Assembly (NCBI GenBank): GCA_047285535.1
Contig: JBJBDC010000001.1
Span: forward strand, 224,136-288,135
Length of the DNA: 64,000 bases
Direction of reading: 5' to 3'
DNA from: Synechococcus sp.
GTDB taxonomy: Bacteria > Cyanobacteriota > Cyanobacteriia > PCC-6307 > Cyanobiaceae
The notes under the pieces are model-generated. The model was not told the DNA's origin. It did not search any database and saw only the letters and a program-made list of their open reading frames with translations. Shown here piece after piece: positions 1 through 11,935 of this stretch; within the stretch, counting starts at the first letter, position 1; each line of letters starts with the position of its first letter. Position numbers and translations under genes: made by a program.

Positions 1-108
1 TGCTGAGGGCTTTGGGTCTTGCGTACCTGATTCGATCGGGTCGGTGCTTTTGATCTCCATCGACGGGGTGGAGTCTGGGGAAGCCGGATTGATCGGATCG
101 GTTTCCAT
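1..108 (-). CDS. 5' end of a gene running off the window (Pro/Ser/Asp-rich N-terminus; possibly a CAAD/CURT1-type protein)
   Basis: ATG at 108 opens METDPINPASPDSTPSMEIKSTDPIESGTQDPKPSA to the window edge, divergent from gyrA; the product guess rests only on recalled synteny. Confidence 0.45.
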   Translation of the reverse strand, partial: METDPINPASPDSTPSMEIKSTDPIESGTQDPKPSA

Positions 109-238
109 GGTGTGGTTAGCATTTAGCGGATAAGCAAGTTTAAAGGCGTTATCAAGTGCTGTTTTGAAGACGCAGCAAAAGCTGACCTTTGTGTTCTTCG
201 TTCTCGCGATAAACTGATTTAAGGCAAATAGGTCTTGT

Positions 239-2917
239 ATGGCCGATCCAGTGGGACCCGGCAGCGGCGATCCCGGAGAATCCGAAGATCGGATCATCCA
301 GACAGATTTGCGCAACGAAATGTCGCGCTCTTATCTGGAGTATGCGATGAGCGTGATCGTCGGGCGTGCTCTGCCCGACGCTCGTGATGGACTCAAGCCT
401 GTACATCGGCGAATTCTTTACGCCATGTATGAGCTCGGGCTGACGAGCGATCGCCCTTACAGAAAGTGCGCGCGTGTAGTGGGCGAGGTGTTGGGTAAAT
501 ATCACCCCCATGGGGACACAGCTGTTTATGACGCCCTGGTTCGGATGGCCCAGGACTTTTCCATGTCGATGCCCCTGATCGATGGACATGGGAATTTTGG
601 TTCCGTCGATAACGATCCACCGGCGGCCATGCGATACACCGAATCGCGTTTGCAGGCTCTCACCACCGACAGCCTTCTAGAAGATATAGAGGCTGAAACG
701 GTTGATTTTGCAGACAATTTCGATGGGTCGCAGCAGGAACCCACCGTTCTACCCTCGCGCATTCCTCAGCTCCTGCTCAATGGATCGGCTGGAATCGCGG
801 TGGGTATGGCTACCAATATTCCTCCGCACAACCTTGGGGAACTCATTACGGGTCTGTTGGCCTTGATCCAGAACCCTGAGATCACGGATCAGGATCTGAT
901 GGCATTGATCCCAGGGCCTGACTTTCCCACTGGCGGTCAGATCCTGGGTCGTAGCGGAATTCGAGAGACCTATCTCACTGGTCGCGGTTCGGTGACGATG
1001 CGTGGAGTTGCCGGGATTGAAACGATAGAGGCTCCAGGCAGGCCAGATCGTGATGCGGTCATCATCACGGCATTGCCGTATCAGACCAATAAGGCGGGGA
1101 TGATTGAACGCATCGCCGAAATGGTCAATGACAAGAAACTCGAGGGCATTTCCGATATTCGCGATGAGAGCGATCGAGATGGCATGCGAGTGGTCGTCGA
1201 GTTGCGGCGAGATGCCTATCCACAGGTCGTGCTCAACAACCTGTACAAACTGACCCCGCTTCAAACTAACTTCAGCGCCCACATGTTGGCGTTAGTTAAT
1301 GGTGAGCCGCTCTTGCTCACGTTGCGCAAGATGCTCGAGGTGTTCCTCGAGTTCAGAGTTGAAACGATTGAACGCCGCACCCGCTACCTGTTGCGAAAGG
1401 CTGAGGAGCGTGATCACATCCTGTTGGGCTTGTTACTCGCTCTGGATCAGCTGGATCCCATCATTGCTCTGATTCGGGCAGCACCTGATACAGCAACGGC
1501 TCGCGACCAGCTGCAAGAGCGCCATGGCCTCTCTTTGGTCCAAGCTGATGCCATTTTGCAGATGCAACTGAGGCGTCTCACAGCCTTAGAAGCTGACAAG
1601 ATTCGCCTTGAACACGAGGATCTGGTTACAAAGATCGCTGATTACAAGGACATCCTTGGCCGCCGTGAGCGGGTGTTCGGGATCATCGAAGATGAGCTTG
1701 GCCAGCTGCGTGATCGCCATGCCGTTCCTCGCCGCACCGAAATCCTCGATCTCGCTGGTGGCCTGGAAGACATAGATCTGATCGCCAATGAGCGTTCTGT
1801 GGTGCTGCTCACTGAAACGGGTTATCTCAAGAGGATGCCTGTCAGCGAATTTGAAGCCACCAGTCGTGGCACTCGCGGTAAAGCAGGCACGCGCAGTCAA
1901 GGCGAAGAGGCCGTGAAGCTTTTCATTGGTTGCAATGACCATGACACCTTGCTGTTGTTCAGCGATCGCGGTGTGTCGTATGCCGTCCCGGCTTATCGAG
2001 TGCCCCAGTGCAGCCGAACTGCGAAGGGCACTCCAATCGTGCAGCTGTTGCCGATTCCTCGGGAAGAAGCGATTACGTCGTTGCTGGCCGTGTCGGAGTT
2101 CAACGATGACACTGACTTGCTGATGCTCACTACCGGTGGATACATCAAGCGCACCCGGCTTTCGGCCTTCAGCAACATCCGCTCAAACGGTTTGATTGCG
2201 ATTGGTTTGGAAGAGGGCGACGCTCTCACTTGGGTTCGTTTAGCTGTGCCAGGAGACAGCGTCCTGATTGGCTCACGTGCGGGAATGACGATTCACTTCC
2301 GGCTCAGTGATCACGAGTTGCGTCCCCTAGGCCGAACAGCTCGAGGTGTGCGCTCGATGAATTTGCGTGAGGGCGACAGCTTGGTGAGTATGGATGTGTT
2401 GCCGGCAGAGTTGGCTGATCAAATCGCTGCCAGTGCCGATGAGGATGAAGTGGGAAGTGATGGCGGAGAATCCGCTGCAGCCGAGGGCCCTTGGGTTTTG
2501 GTGGCCTCGGCCTCCGGTCTAGGGAAACGGGTGCCGGTGACCCAGTTCCGTTTGCAGAAACGGGCTGGGATGGGGCTGCGCGCGATGAAGTTCCGCACCG
2601 ACGCCGATGAGCTTGTGGGTTTACGAGTGCTGGGAGCCGGAGAAGAGCTGCTGCTGGTGAGTGAAAAGGGAGTGATTGTGCGCACTGGCGCTGATGCCAT
2701 TCCCCAGCAATCCCGTGCAGCCACTGGCGTTCGCTTGCAGCGGCTGGATAAGGGCGACCGTTTAGCCGATGTGGTGCTGGTTCCACCTGAGGCCGAAACG
2801 GATGACGACACAGAATGCGATTCCGCCGGTAACCCCAACATTGATAGCGCACCTGATTTGGATGCTGAACAGGCATCCACCCCAGAAGAGTCGTCTGAAC
2901 CATCAGCTGAGGGTTGA
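239..2917 (+). CDS. gyrA: DNA gyrase subunit A
   Basis: [43 protein letters not shown] catalytic Tyr, C-terminal pinwheel repeats and acidic tail. Confidence 0.97.
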   Translation: MADPVGPGSGDPGESEDRIIQTDLRNEMSRSYLEYAMSVIVGRALPDARDGLKPVHRRILYAMYELGLTSDRPYRKCARVVGEVLGKYHPHGDTAVYDALVRMAQDFSMSMPLIDGHGNFGSVDNDPPAAMRYTESRLQALTTDSLLEDIEAETVDFADNFDGSQQEPTVLPSRIPQLLLNGSAGIAVGMATNIPPHNLGELITGLLALIQNPEITDQDLMALIPGPDFPTGGQILGRSGIRETYLTGRGSVTMRGVAGIETIEAPGRPDRDAVIITALPYQTNKAGMIERIAEMVNDKKLEGISDIRDESDRDGMRVVVELRRDAYPQVVLNNLYKLTPLQTNFSAHMLALVNGEPLLLTLRKMLEVFLEFRVETIERRTRYLLRKAEERDHILLGLLLALDQLDPIIALIRAAPDTATARDQLQERHGLSLVQADAILQMQLRRLTALEADKIRLEHEDLVTKIADYKDILGRRERVFGIIEDELGQLRDRHAVPRRTEILDLAGGLEDIDLIANERSVVLLTETGYLKRMPVSEFEATSRGTRGKAGTRSQGEEAVKLFIGCNDHDTLLLFSDRGVSYAVPAYRVPQCSRTAKGTPIVQLLPIPREEAITSLLAVSEFNDDTDLLMLTTGGYIKRTRLSAFSNIRSNGLIAIGLEEGDALTWVRLAVPGDSVLIGSRAGMTIHFRLSDHELRPLGRTARGVRSMNLREGDSLVSMDVLPAELADQIAASADEDEVGSDGGESAAAEGPWVLVASASGLGKRVPVTQFRLQKRAGMGLRAMKFRTDADELVGLRVLGAGEELLLVSEKGVIVRTGADAIPQQSRAATGVRLQRLDKGDRLADVVLVPPEAETDDDTECDSAGNPNIDSAPDLDAEQASTPEESSEPSAEG

Positions 2918-4161
2918 CCTTGGCGGATTGCTCGGATGTTTTGGTGATTGGGGGCGGTCCTGCCGCCCTTTGCATCAGCTCAGAACTGCATCGGCTCGGG
3001 GTTTTGGTGGAGGGAATTGCACCGAATGCGGTGGATGCACCTTGGTCGAACACCTATGGGATCTGGGCGAAGGAACTGGAGCTGTTGGGTCTCGAACATT
3101 TGCTCGAGCACCGCTGGAGCAACACGGTGAGTTTTTATGGCGCTGGTGGTTCGGATTCAGAAGATCAACCAACGGCACATGGGCTGGATTACGGGCTGTT
3201 CGATCGCCAAAAGCTTCAGCGGCATTGGCTGGGTTATTGCCAGGGAATGATCTGGCATCAAGACAGTGTTCAGCGCATCGAGTTGCAGGGTGATGTCACC
3301 AGCGTGCATTGCATCTCGGGGGTGCAGCACTTGGCTCGGGTGGTGATTGATGCATCAGGGCATCGCAGTTCCCATATCCGTCGGCCAGATCAGGGCCCAG
3401 TGGCCGCCCAGGCTGCCTATGGCGTGGTGGGTCGATTTAGCAACCCTCCGGTCGATCCAGGTCGATTTGTGCTGATGGATTTCCGTTGTGATCACCTCAC
3501 GGCTGTGCAACGCAATGAACCTCCCACTTTTTTGTATGCAATGGATTTTGGTGAGGGGGTGTTTTTTGTGGAGGAAACATCATTGGCTTCAGCACCCGCT
3601 GTGCCGGAAGGTGTTTTGAAGCAAAGGCTTGAGCAACGCCTGACTAAAGCTGGTGTTGCAATCACCGAAGTGATGGAAGAAGAGCATTGTTTGTTCCCGA
3701 TGAACTTGCCGTTGCCTGATTTCGATCAGCCTGTGTTGGCCTTTGGGGGTGCAGCGAGCATGGTGCACCCTGCTTCTGGCTACATGGTGGGAGCGTTATT
3801 GAGGCGTGGACCGGGATTAGCAGATGCTCTGGCCGAAGCATTGAAACAACGCCCCTCCCTTGGATCAGCAGGGCTCGCACGCTTGGGTTGGCAAGCTCTT
3901 TGGCCTAGGGAGTTGGTGCTCCGCCACCAATTGTTTCAGTTTGGACTGGGCCGCTTGATGGGCTTCGATGAGATGTTGCTGCGCAGGCACTTCACCAGTT
4001 TTTTTCAATTGCCGCAAGAGGAGTGGATTGGTTTTCTCACGAATACGTTGCCATTGCATAGGTTGATGGGCGTAATGCTGCGTCTCTTTGCAATTGCTCC
4101 TTGGGATGTGCGGCGGGGATTGGTTCTGGGAGCGCCAAACAGTCAAATAAAATCCTCATGA
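2914..4161 (+). CDS. crtL: lycopene beta-cyclase (CrtL type)
   Basis: [13 protein letters not shown] motif, [32 protein letters not shown] overlap with the gyrA stop. Confidence 0.9.
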   Translation: MTLADCSDVLVIGGGPAALCISSELHRLGVLVEGIAPNAVDAPWSNTYGIWAKELELLGLEHLLEHRWSNTVSFYGAGGSDSEDQPTAHGLDYGLFDRQKLQRHWLGYCQGMIWHQDSVQRIELQGDVTSVHCISGVQHLARVVIDASGHRSSHIRRPDQGPVAAQAAYGVVGRFSNPPVDPGRFVLMDFRCDHLTAVQRNEPPTFLYAMDFGEGVFFVEETSLASAPAVPEGVLKQRLEQRLTKAGVAITEVMEEEHCLFPMNLPLPDFDQPVLAFGGAASMVHPASGYMVGALLRRGPGLADALAEALKQRPSLGSAGLARLGWQALWPRELVLRHQLFQFGLGRLMGFDEMLLRRHFTSFFQLPQEEWIGFLTNTLPLHRLMGVMLRLFAIAPWDVRRGLVLGAPNSQIKSS

Positions 4162-4249
4162 TTGATTGCTTTTCAGTTATGGCTATGTGATCAAAATTCT
4201 GGCTTAAATAAAAGAATGATGGTTGTTGTGATCAGTGGATCTTGAGTGC

Positions 4250-5830
4250 TTACTTTGTTCTTTTGAAGATGACTCGCTTCCAGTCCGCAGGCTGAATTAG
4301 GGGGAAGAGAGAATCTTCTGTTTCGACGTCTTTGAGCCACGACTCATTCAATGTTTTTTGCCCATCGATGTAGGCCATTAATGTCCAAAACCGATCTAAG
4401 TGCCGCTCGATTCTTTCTTTGGCTAAATCGGTTGTGGTGCCTGCACGCAGGATGAAGCTCCAGTCCGAAGACTGTGCTAAAAGCAGTTCACGTCCTGCTT
4501 GATTCAGCAGGCGCAGGCCGAGTTCACTTCCCACCCCTCGGCTGCAGCGTTCTTTCATTGCGAGGCCGGCGCGGCTCCATTCCGGAATAATCCAGGCATT
4601 ACTTTCATTGAGCCAATAATCGTGGAAGCCTCCTTGGCCCCAGCTAGAGGGGGAGGGCTCACAAATTTGCAAATGGGGTTTTTGCTTCAGAAAGCCACGG
4701 AGGGTCGTGAAGTTGACCTTTTGCTCAGGTCCTTGCCTGAAGATCTCAGCAAGAAAGGATGGTCCCTCATACCACCAGTGTCCAAAAAGTTCGGCATCGA
4801 ACGGTGCCACTAACAATGGAGCTGTTTCCATCCGGGCCTCGAGGCCATCGAGCTGGTTTCGCCGCCCCTCTAGGTAATGCTTGGCGTGCTCTTTGGTACG
4901 GGTGGCAGCTAGGTCTGGCTCGTAGGGCTGTTTGGCATCAAGAGAAGCCTGTTGGTCGCTGACGCGATGCAGCTTGAGACCTAAAGGACGCTGGATTGGT
5001 AGTCCACAGGCTTCGATCTGCTCTTGGGGTAGATCCCAGCCCAGATCACGGTGAAATTCGCGATAGGTTGGATCACCTGGGTAGCCGTCACGTGCTGACC
5101 AAACCGGCAATGTCGCATCGCTGTCGCGACCGAAAAAAGCCACACCCTGGCGACTGCAGATCGGTGCATAAACTCCATATCTTGGTCGTGGCTTGGCATG
5201 GAGGAGTCCGTGGCCATCAAGCACTGCATAACGCAACCCGGCATCGCGCATCCATAGATCCAGGCCTTCGTAGTAGGCGCATTCTGGAAGCCATATTCCT
5301 TGTGGTCGTTCTCCTATTAGCCTGTGGTGTTCGCGAACAGCGGTGCGCAACTGGGCACGTATCGCCTCCGGATGTTCCCTAAGTAGCGGCATGTAGCCGT
5401 GGGTTGCACCGCAGGTCAGAAGGTCGAGTACCCCTTTTTGTTGCAGGGCACCGAAACGGCTGATCAGATCACCGTTGCTGTTTTGCCAGCTCAGGAGGTA
5501 GTGCTCAAAACAGCCCTTGAGGTGCAGAGCGGCTGCTTTGTGATCTCTGGGAGCTTGTTGAAGCAGCTGCAGACGTGTCTCAATCCAGGTGGGGAATCGT
5601 TGGTGGAGAGTGTTGTCAGTGAGAAGGGATAACAGGGTTGGAGAGATCCCCATTGTGAGGCCTGCGTTCTGTTTCGGGTCGGCTGCAGCGGCCTCAAGCA
5701 TCTCCAGTAACGGGAGATAGCACTCGATTAAAGCTTGAAAAAACCAGTCCTCTTCCAGTGAGTTTTCTTCGTTTGCCCGCACGTAGGGCAGGTGTGCATG
5801 GAGAACAAGGGCTAGTGCTCCTTGGGCCAA
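4250..5830 (-). CDS. glycoside hydrolase family 57 protein (branching-enzyme type, DUF1957)
   Basis: LVLHAHLPYV, GIWLPECAY, PFDAELFGHWWYEG, AQSSDWSF GH57 motifs. Confidence 0.9.
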   Translation of the reverse strand: MAQGALALVLHAHLPYVRANEENSLEEDWFFQALIECYLPLLEMLEAAAADPKQNAGLTMGISPTLLSLLTDNTLHQRFPTWIETRLQLLQQAPRDHKAAALHLKGCFEHYLLSWQNSNGDLISRFGALQQKGVLDLLTCGATHGYMPLLREHPEAIRAQLRTAVREHHRLIGERPQGIWLPECAYYEGLDLWMRDAGLRYAVLDGHGLLHAKPRPRYGVYAPICSRQGVAFFGRDSDATLPVWSARDGYPGDPTYREFHRDLGWDLPQEQIEACGLPIQRPLGLKLHRVSDQQASLDAKQPYEPDLAATRTKEHAKHYLEGRRNQLDGLEARMETAPLLVAPFDAELFGHWWYEGPSFLAEIFRQGPEQKVNFTTLRGFLKQKPHLQICEPSPSSWGQGGFHDYWLNESNAWIIPEWSRAGLAMKERCSRGVGSELGLRLLNQAGRELLLAQSSDWSFILRAGTTTDLAKERIERHLDRFWTLMAYIDGQKTLNESWLKDVETEDSLFPLIQPADWKRVIFKRTK

Positions 5831-5961
5831 TGCTCACTCTCGCTATCAGTCATGTGAATGTACCGGTATTTCTGCCAGAAGCTGTTCGCTCGTAAAGCCC
5901 ATCTCGCTTAGAGTGAAATAACTCATAGTCATTCCGACTAAAACCCTTCGAGGCTTTAGCC

Positions 5962-7584
5962 ATGGCCAAGGACCCAGGCCGCGTATTGATCTTCGACACG
6001 ACCCTGCGGGATGGTGAGCAATCCCCTGGAGCCAGCCTCAATCTTGAGGAGAAGTTGGCGATTGCGCAGCAACTGGCACGTCTTGGTGTTGATGTCATTG
6101 AGGCTGGCTTCCCTTTCGCCAGTCCTGGTGATTTTTCTGCTGTGCAACGCATCGCCCAGCAGGTGGGCGGCGAGAAGGGCCCCACAATCTGTGGTTTGGC
6201 CCGTGCTTCTCGTGGTGACATCAAAGCTTGCGCTGAGGCCGTCTCTCCAGCACCCAAGCGGCGTATTCATACCTTTATCGCGACCAGCGATATTCATCTC
6301 GAACACAAATTACGCAAAAGCCGCAAAGACGTACTGGGAATCGTTCCAGAGATGGTGGCCTACGCCCGGTCATTTGTGGATGATGTTGAATTTTCCTGTG
6401 AAGATGCAGGGCGCAGTGATCCTGAGTTCCTGTATGAGGTGATCGAAGCGGCGATTGCTGCTGGTGCCAGCACCGTCAATATTCCAGACACGGTTGGCTA
6501 TGCCACACCGTCTGAGTTTGGGCGTTTGATTGAAAGTATTAATCGCCATGTGCCCAACATCGATGAAGCCGTGATTTCGGTGCATGGCCATAACGATCTG
6601 GGGCTAGCAGTGGCCAACTTCCTAGAGGCTGTCAAATCTGGAGCCCGACAGCTGGAGTGCACCGTCAATGGCATCGGCGAACGAGCCGGTAACGCGGCTT
6701 TAGAGGAGTTAGTGATGGCCATGCATGTGCGTCGGCGCTACTTCAATCCTTTCTTTGGTCGTAGGGAGGATTCACCAACGCCACTCACCGCTGTTCGTAC
6801 TGAGGAAATCACTAAAACCTCCCGCTTGGTGTCGAACCTCACCGGCATGGTGGTGCAACCCAACAAAGCGATTGTGGGTGCCAATGCCTTCGCCCATGAA
6901 TCTGGTATTCATCAAGACGGTGTGCTGAAAAACAGGCTCACCTATGAAATCGTGGATGCCCGCACCGTTGGGCTCACCGACAACAGGATCTCCTTAGGCA
7001 AACTCAGCGGCCGGAGCGCTGTTCGGGCTCGTCTCGAAGAGCTCGGCTATGACTTGAGCCGTGAAGACCTTGATGATGCCTTTGCTCGCTTCAAGGATCT
7101 TGCTGATCGCAAACGGGAGATCTCCGATCGTGATCTTGAGTCGATCGTCAGTGTTCAGGTCCAACAGCCCGATGCCCGTTATCAGCTCAAGCTGGTGCAG
7201 GTGAGCTGTGGCAGCAGCCTTCAACCGACAGCTACCGTCTCCCTGTGCGATGAAAATGGCCAGGAGCAAACCGCAGCATCCATCGGCACTGGACCAGTGG
7301 ATGCGGTTTGTCGCGCACTCAACCAATTAGCGGGTGAACCCAACGAATTGGTTGAGTTTTCAGTGAAGTCCGTCACTGAAGGAATTGATGCCATGGGAGA
7401 TGTGACCATTCGTCTGCGTCGCGATGGACAGCTCTATTCAGGACATTCCGCCGATACCGATGTGGTGGTTGCCGCAGCAGAGGCGTTTGTGAATGCCTTG
7501 AATCGCCTGGTTGCAGGCGCGGCAGGCCCCTCGATTCATCCGCAAAGGGACATGGCTGTGCTTGATGTCAGCCCCATTCGCTAG
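5962..7584 (+). CDS. leuA: 2-isopropylmalate synthase
   Basis: [38 protein letters not shown], regulatory domain GPVDA. Confidence 0.96.
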   Translation: MAKDPGRVLIFDTTLRDGEQSPGASLNLEEKLAIAQQLARLGVDVIEAGFPFASPGDFSAVQRIAQQVGGEKGPTICGLARASRGDIKACAEAVSPAPKRRIHTFIATSDIHLEHKLRKSRKDVLGIVPEMVAYARSFVDDVEFSCEDAGRSDPEFLYEVIEAAIAAGASTVNIPDTVGYATPSEFGRLIESINRHVPNIDEAVISVHGHNDLGLAVANFLEAVKSGARQLECTVNGIGERAGNAALEELVMAMHVRRRYFNPFFGRREDSPTPLTAVRTEEITKTSRLVSNLTGMVVQPNKAIVGANAFAHESGIHQDGVLKNRLTYEIVDARTVGLTDNRISLGKLSGRSAVRARLEELGYDLSREDLDDAFARFKDLADRKREISDRDLESIVSVQVQQPDARYQLKLVQVSCGSSLQPTATVSLCDENGQEQTAASIGTGPVDAVCRALNQLAGEPNELVEFSVKSVTEGIDAMGDVTIRLRRDGQLYSGHSADTDVVVAAAEAFVNALNRLVAGAAGPSIHPQRDMAVLDVSPIR

Positions 7585-7589
7585 GGCCG

Positions 7590-8426
7590 ATGTCACTCAA
7601 ATTCACCCTGCGCCCTGCCCCTGTTCTGCAGTTGTTGCTTCTGATCCTTCTGGCACTTGCAGTCCTCGTTCCTCTGCTTTGGCTCGTGAGCACCTCTCTC
7701 AAAGGTCCTATGGAGGACATTTTTACTAGCCCGCCTTCTCTCTTCCCGACCCAGCCCAGCCTTGATGCCTATTCCCGGCTGTTTCGGGATAACCCTCTCT
7801 GGACTTACATCTTCAATAGTTCAGTCGTCAGCTTCTTGGCGGTGGTCGCGAACCTCTTGTTTTGCTCACTGGCGGCTTACCCGTTAGCGCGGATGCACTT
7901 TTTTGGCCGTGGTCTCGTGTTGGCTCTGGTGGTGGCCACCATCCTCATTCCATTTCAGGTTGTGATGATTCCGCTCTACCTGCTGATGGTTCAGCTGGGT
8001 TTACGCAACACCTTGCTGGCTCTTGTGATCCCTCAAGCGGCTACTGCCTTCGGACTCTATCTCTTGCGACAAAGCTTTCTTGGAGTTCCTGTTGAGTTAG
8101 AGGAGGCCGCACGTATCGATGGCTGCAGCAAGCTTGGTGAGTGGTGGAACGTGATGATTCCAGCGGCAAAGGCTGATCTCATCACGCTAGCGATGTTTGT
8201 GTTTATTGGTACCTGGAGCGACTTCCTCTGGCCACTCGTCATTCTTGATGATCCGGCTCTTTTCACCCTCCCTCTTGGACTTCAGCAGTTGGCCAGCAGC
8301 TTTTCCCTCGATTGGAGGATTGTTGCCGCTGGCTCTGTTGTTTCGATCTTGCCGGTCTTAATCATGTTTGTGCTGCTCCAGCGCTTCATCCTTCCCAATG
8401 CCAGTGGTGATGCTGTTAAGGGATAG
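7590..8426 (+). CDS. carbohydrate ABC transporter permease (MalG-like)
   Basis: About 6 hydrophobic segments and EAA loop ELEEAARIDG. Confidence 0.9.
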   Translation: MSLKFTLRPAPVLQLLLLILLALAVLVPLLWLVSTSLKGPMEDIFTSPPSLFPTQPSLDAYSRLFRDNPLWTYIFNSSVVSFLAVVANLLFCSLAAYPLARMHFFGRGLVLALVVATILIPFQVVMIPLYLLMVQLGLRNTLLALVIPQAATAFGLYLLRQSFLGVPVELEEAARIDGCSKLGEWWNVMIPAAKADLITLAMFVFIGTWSDFLWPLVILDDPALFTLPLGLQQLASSFSLDWRIVAAGSVVSILPVLIMFVLLQRFILPNASGDAVKG

Positions 8427-8790
8427 GGATTAAGTCCATCGATGATTCTGACCTCTGTGAGAAGTCAAGGTCGAGATCGTCTGGCCTTGGCTTGACCGCT
8501 GGCTCCAGTCTGTTGAGAGGTTGACGCTCCTCATTGATCCACTGCTGCTGTGCTTCCCTCAACTCACCGATCTTGTTTTCGAGTGTCACTTGGCGGCGTT
8601 TCAGAAACTTCAACTGCTCCTCTAGGAGTTTGCTATTGCTCACACCAATGTTTCGTTCAAGCTCATTGAGTTGACGGCGCAGTGCACGAATGGAATCGCT
8701 TTGATGGCGCATTCCTTGCCAAAGCCCAATCATCAAGAGGCCCATTAGGGGAAATGCTGCTGCTTCGATGACCCGCCATCGTGAGCCCAT
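8416..8790 (-). CDS. hypothetical protein, N-terminal TM plus coiled coil
   Basis: 124 aa ORF with hydrophobic N-terminus followed by a heptad-rich segment. Confidence 0.65.
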   Translation of the reverse strand: MGSRWRVIEAAAFPLMGLLMIGLWQGMRHQSDSIRALRRQLNELERNIGVSNSKLLEEQLKFLKRRQVTLENKIGELREAQQQWINEERQPLNRLEPAVKPRPDDLDLDFSQRSESSMDLIPIP

Positions 8791-8930
8791 GGTCAGATTT
8801 CTGGTGTTTCTTTTCTCAGCATGATTGTTGAAGTCAGTTCAGCAACGCTTAAAGGCGAGTGCAAGTTTTGCGATAGGAACGGATGAAGGGTGGGGTGGTG
8901 TTGTAGATCCATTTCAGTTGCTTTGAAGCT

Positions 8931-9176
8931 ATGTCTCTGAACGATCTCGATCGATTGCTTGAGTCGCGTGAACAGGATCCGGCTTTGGCTGAGCTCCTGG
9001 CCAAGCCATTGCCGCTGGAGGAGTTGATTGCCTTGGCCCAGTCCAGGGGGCTGACAATCACCGAAGAGGATGTGTTTCATGCCCAAGAACGTGAGCAAAC
9101 CAAAGCCAGCGCTGCTGATTTGCAACAAAAAATGGCTCCAGAATCCAGGCGGCTAAGGCACTTCATTCCTGGATAA
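8931..9176 (+). CDS. Nif11-like leader-domain protein
   Basis: MSLNDLDRLL..DPAL..L....EELIALAQSRGLTITEED matches the Nif11 pattern; no GG-core. Confidence 0.75.
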   Translation: MSLNDLDRLLESREQDPALAELLAKPLPLEELIALAQSRGLTITEEDVFHAQEREQTKASAADLQQKMAPESRRLRHFIPG

Positions 9177-9263
9177 AATAGAAAGCAACGTGTTTGCGAG
9201 TTCTGACGATCCAAGACTGCTGTAGCAAACCTCGTTAACAAGAAGATGAACTCTGTATGAGTC

Positions 9264-9545
9264 ATGGCTTCTTACACAATCAGCATCGAAGGCGGAACCA
9301 GCTTTAACTGCTCCGACGATCAATACATTCTTGACGCTGCAGAAGCGGAAGGCGTTGATTTGGCTTACTCCTGCCGTGCTGGCGCTTGCAGCACTTGTGC
9401 AGGAAAAATCCTTAACGGAAGCATTGATCAAGCAGACCAAAGCTTCCTTGATGACGATCAGATCTCTGAGGGTTTCGCCTTGCTATGTGTTAGCTATCCG
9501 CTGTCAGATTGCTCGATCAAGACGAACGTGGAAGACGAGCTTTAA
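9264..9545 (+). CDS. petF: plant-type [2Fe-2S] ferredoxin
   Basis: [36 protein letters not shown]. Confidence 0.93.
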   Translation: MASYTISIEGGTSFNCSDDQYILDAAEAEGVDLAYSCRAGACSTCAGKILNGSIDQADQSFLDDDQISEGFALLCVSYPLSDCSIKTNVEDEL

Positions 9546-9748
9546 ACGAGCTTCACCACATCAGGAGTTTCTCCATGGGTCTCACCGATTAACAGGGCAT
9601 GGCTGACTGCTCCCTCATGGCTGTGAAAGCTCCATGCCGCATCGACATTGGAGACCCCTTCAATCGACTGAGTCTGGTTATTGAGACTTAAGTAGCTGCC
9701 ACTGCGGTTTTGACGAAGTACATAGCGTTCTGCAACAGGAGCTCTCAT
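9542..9748 (-). CDS. small hypothetical protein
   Basis: 68 aa ATG ORF convergent with petF, protein-like composition. Confidence 0.6.
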   Translation of the reverse strand: MRAPVAERYVLRQNRSGSYLSLNNQTQSIEGVSNVDAAWSFHSHEGAVSHALLIGETHGETPDVVKLV

Positions 9749-9844
9749 GATGATTTCTTCAAGGCTTGATTCTGGGTTAGCGATAGCTGAAGCGGCATCT
9801 TTCGCTCTACAGGATTTCCTAGGTTTTCAATGTCAAGGAAGTTA

Positions 9845-10303
9845 CTAGTCGTTCAATACTGGGTCATTTTTGCCTTCTGAGTAGAAAGTGCGTCTTGTCC
9901 AGATCAACGTCTCAGGTGCCTTGCCCTGTTGTTGATGGCCACCATTTCTGAACCAAGGAGCAGTTGCATCCATGAAGTTGTTGTGGTCGAGTCCCCATTT
10001 GTCATGGAGGTATTCCATGCACATTTTGTTAGAGGCTGCTTCTTGCTGTTGCCAGTGGACTAAGGCAAGGAGTGTGGGACGAATTGTCATGACAGCAACT
10101 TTTCCATTAGGCGTCGCTTTCGGGTCAGGTTCGACCCACTCATCCACCTTTTCTTTTGCTACGAACAGCCTTAATGGACCGCTGTAATCACGTCCATCCA
10201 GGCAGTATTTGTCAAGGTAGAGGCGTCGTGCTCGCTTAAACAGTGCTGATGGTGCCCGCTCCATCAGATCCTCAAATGCGGCTCTTAGGAATGGATCGTT
10301 CAT
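9845..10303 (-). CDS. hypothetical protein
   Basis: 152 aa ATG ORF filling the intergenic space. Confidence 0.7.
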   Translation of the reverse strand: MNDPFLRAAFEDLMERAPSALFKRARRLYLDKYCLDGRDYSGPLRLFVAKEKVDEWVEPDPKATPNGKVAVMTIRPTLLALVHWQQQEAASNKMCMEYLHDKWGLDHNNFMDATAPWFRNGGHQQQGKAPETLIWTRRTFYSEGKNDPVLND

Positions 10304-10377
10304 CGTGACATTTCAGGTGTCTTTTGGCTTCGGACCTCATAGTTGTTGCATTTTGGTGGAAGACTAGGGACAGATGC

Positions 10378-10647
10378 GTGATTGGAACATTGCCTAAGCT
10401 TGTTGGATCTTTATACAGATTGGTTGCCTTGGATGGCAGTCCCCACCCAGTTCTAGATGCCCCCTATGAATCGATCGATGCCGCCGAAGCGGCTGCTCAG
10501 CGCTGGTGTTCTGGGCAAGGCCGTGCTTTATCAATTCAGCAGCGTGGAATCGGCCTAGAGGTGCAGACGAGTTGCGGAGCATGGAGGACTATTGGTTACC
10601 CGCCGGTTTGTCTTCTTGATAGTGGGGAGCAATCTTCACCTCCTTGA
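10378..10647 (+). CDS. hypothetical protein
   Basis: YRLVALDGSPHPVLDAPYES; GTG start chosen, start uncertain. Confidence 0.6.
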   Translation: MIGTLPKLVGSLYRLVALDGSPHPVLDAPYESIDAAEAAAQRWCSGQGRALSIQQRGIGLEVQTSCGAWRTIGYPPVCLLDSGEQSSPP

Positions 10648-10658
10648 GCCTTGAGTCA

Positions 10659-10967
10659 ATGAATGTCAGTGTTGATCTCTGTGTTGTCCCCGTTGGGCTT
10701 GAAGGTTCCCTTGCGCCTTGGGTGGCACAATGCCATGAGCTGATCAAGCAGTCAGGGCTGGACTACGAGCTCGGGCCTAATGGAACGGCGATTGAGGGGG
10801 AGTGGGATGAGGTGTTCGCTTGCGTCAAGCTTTGTCATGAGCGTCTGCATGCTGAGGGTGTGCCTCGGATTCATGCCACGCTCAGAATCAATACTCGAGT
10901 GGACCGAGAGCAGTCTTTTCGAGACAAGGTTCCAAGCGTCAAGCGATGGCTGGGAGGCTTGGCCTGA
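10659..10967 (+). CDS. MTH1187/DUF77 thiamine-binding family protein
   Basis: VDLCVVPVG, YELGPNGTAIEGEWDEV, RI...RVDR pattern. Confidence 0.85.
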   Translation: MNVSVDLCVVPVGLEGSLAPWVAQCHELIKQSGLDYELGPNGTAIEGEWDEVFACVKLCHERLHAEGVPRIHATLRINTRVDREQSFRDKVPSVKRWLGGLA

Positions 10968-11050
10968 CGCAAATCTGTAGATCCGCAGCTCTGTGTTCTC
11001 ACCTGTCGCGCCTGTGTCTTGAATGAGATCAGGTTGCGTTGGGGTCCTTG

Positions 11051-11605
11051 ATGCGGCATTCCTTGCTTCGTTCCTCCTGGTTCTTTCTCGTTGTCTTGGG
11101 GTCTCCTTTGTTTGGGGCAACTTGGCTTGGATTTTCAGCGAATGCTCAGTCATGGACTGACATCGGCGAATATTCCTCTCTACTGCGCAAAGCCGGCACC
11201 CAGACCCTCGTCGCGAAAGATTGTCCAGCGGGTCTCCTCGGTGCGTTTCATGCTGGACGGAATGCACTGTTGTTGTGTTCCAACAACCTTGAAAACGATC
11301 CTCTTCAAATTTGGACTGTGCTGGCGCATGAATCAGCACACGTCATGCAGGATTGCAATAGGGGCCCCTTGTTGCCCGATCATCAGATTGACGACGCCCT
11401 TGTCCAGATCGAAAAGCAGTCCTTTAAAGCGTTTCAGGAATTGCGTTTGTATCACCAGTCTCAGCGACGTGATGAAATCGAGGCAAGGCTGGTGCAGGGA
11501 TTGCCGATGGCTGAAGTGAAGGAGTTGTTTCGAGGTTTTTGTGCAGATCGCCTGAGCTGGCGTTCTCCAGAGAGGCGTTCCGCTGGAGGGGTAGGCGATG
11601 GATGA
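11051..11605 (+). CDS. secreted hypothetical protein with HExxH motif
   Basis: Signal-like N-terminus ending ANA; LAHESAHVMQ; downstream EIEAR. Confidence 0.7.
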   Translation: MRHSLLRSSWFFLVVLGSPLFGATWLGFSANAQSWTDIGEYSSLLRKAGTQTLVAKDCPAGLLGAFHAGRNALLLCSNNLENDPLQIWTVLAHESAHVMQDCNRGPLLPDHQIDDALVQIEKQSFKAFQELRLYHQSQRRDEIEARLVQGLPMAEVKELFRGFCADRLSWRSPERRSAGGVGDG

Positions 11606-11894
11606 AGATGCACCCATTACCCCGATTACCGGTCCCAATATCGATGCAGAGGGACGACTGACTTACATGGGCGAAGACGGTCGTCGTTATGTGGTGATGG
11701 ATGGTGATGAACGGGATGAAACCTCATCCGCCGCTGTCATGGAGGCCCTGCGGAGCGCGGGGGCGCTATTCGAAGAGATTGAGACCCTATGCCAGGGTTG
11801 GGTCGATGAGGTGAGTGATGAGGCCTTGACTAGGGCAGAAGCTGTTGCCCTGCTGCTGGCAACTCTCGAGACCCTGCTCGATAACGAAAACTGA
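11598..11894 (+). CDS. acidic hypothetical protein
   Basis: 98 aa ORF overlapping the upstream stop. Confidence 0.7.
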   Translation: MDEDAPITPITGPNIDAEGRLTYMGEDGRRYVVMDGDERDETSSAAVMEALRSAGALFEEIETLCQGWVDEVSDEALTRAEAVALLLATLETLLDNEN

Positions 11895-11935
11895 TGCTCC
11901 AGTGTTTACGGTAGCGATACGTTGAACGCGCATCG

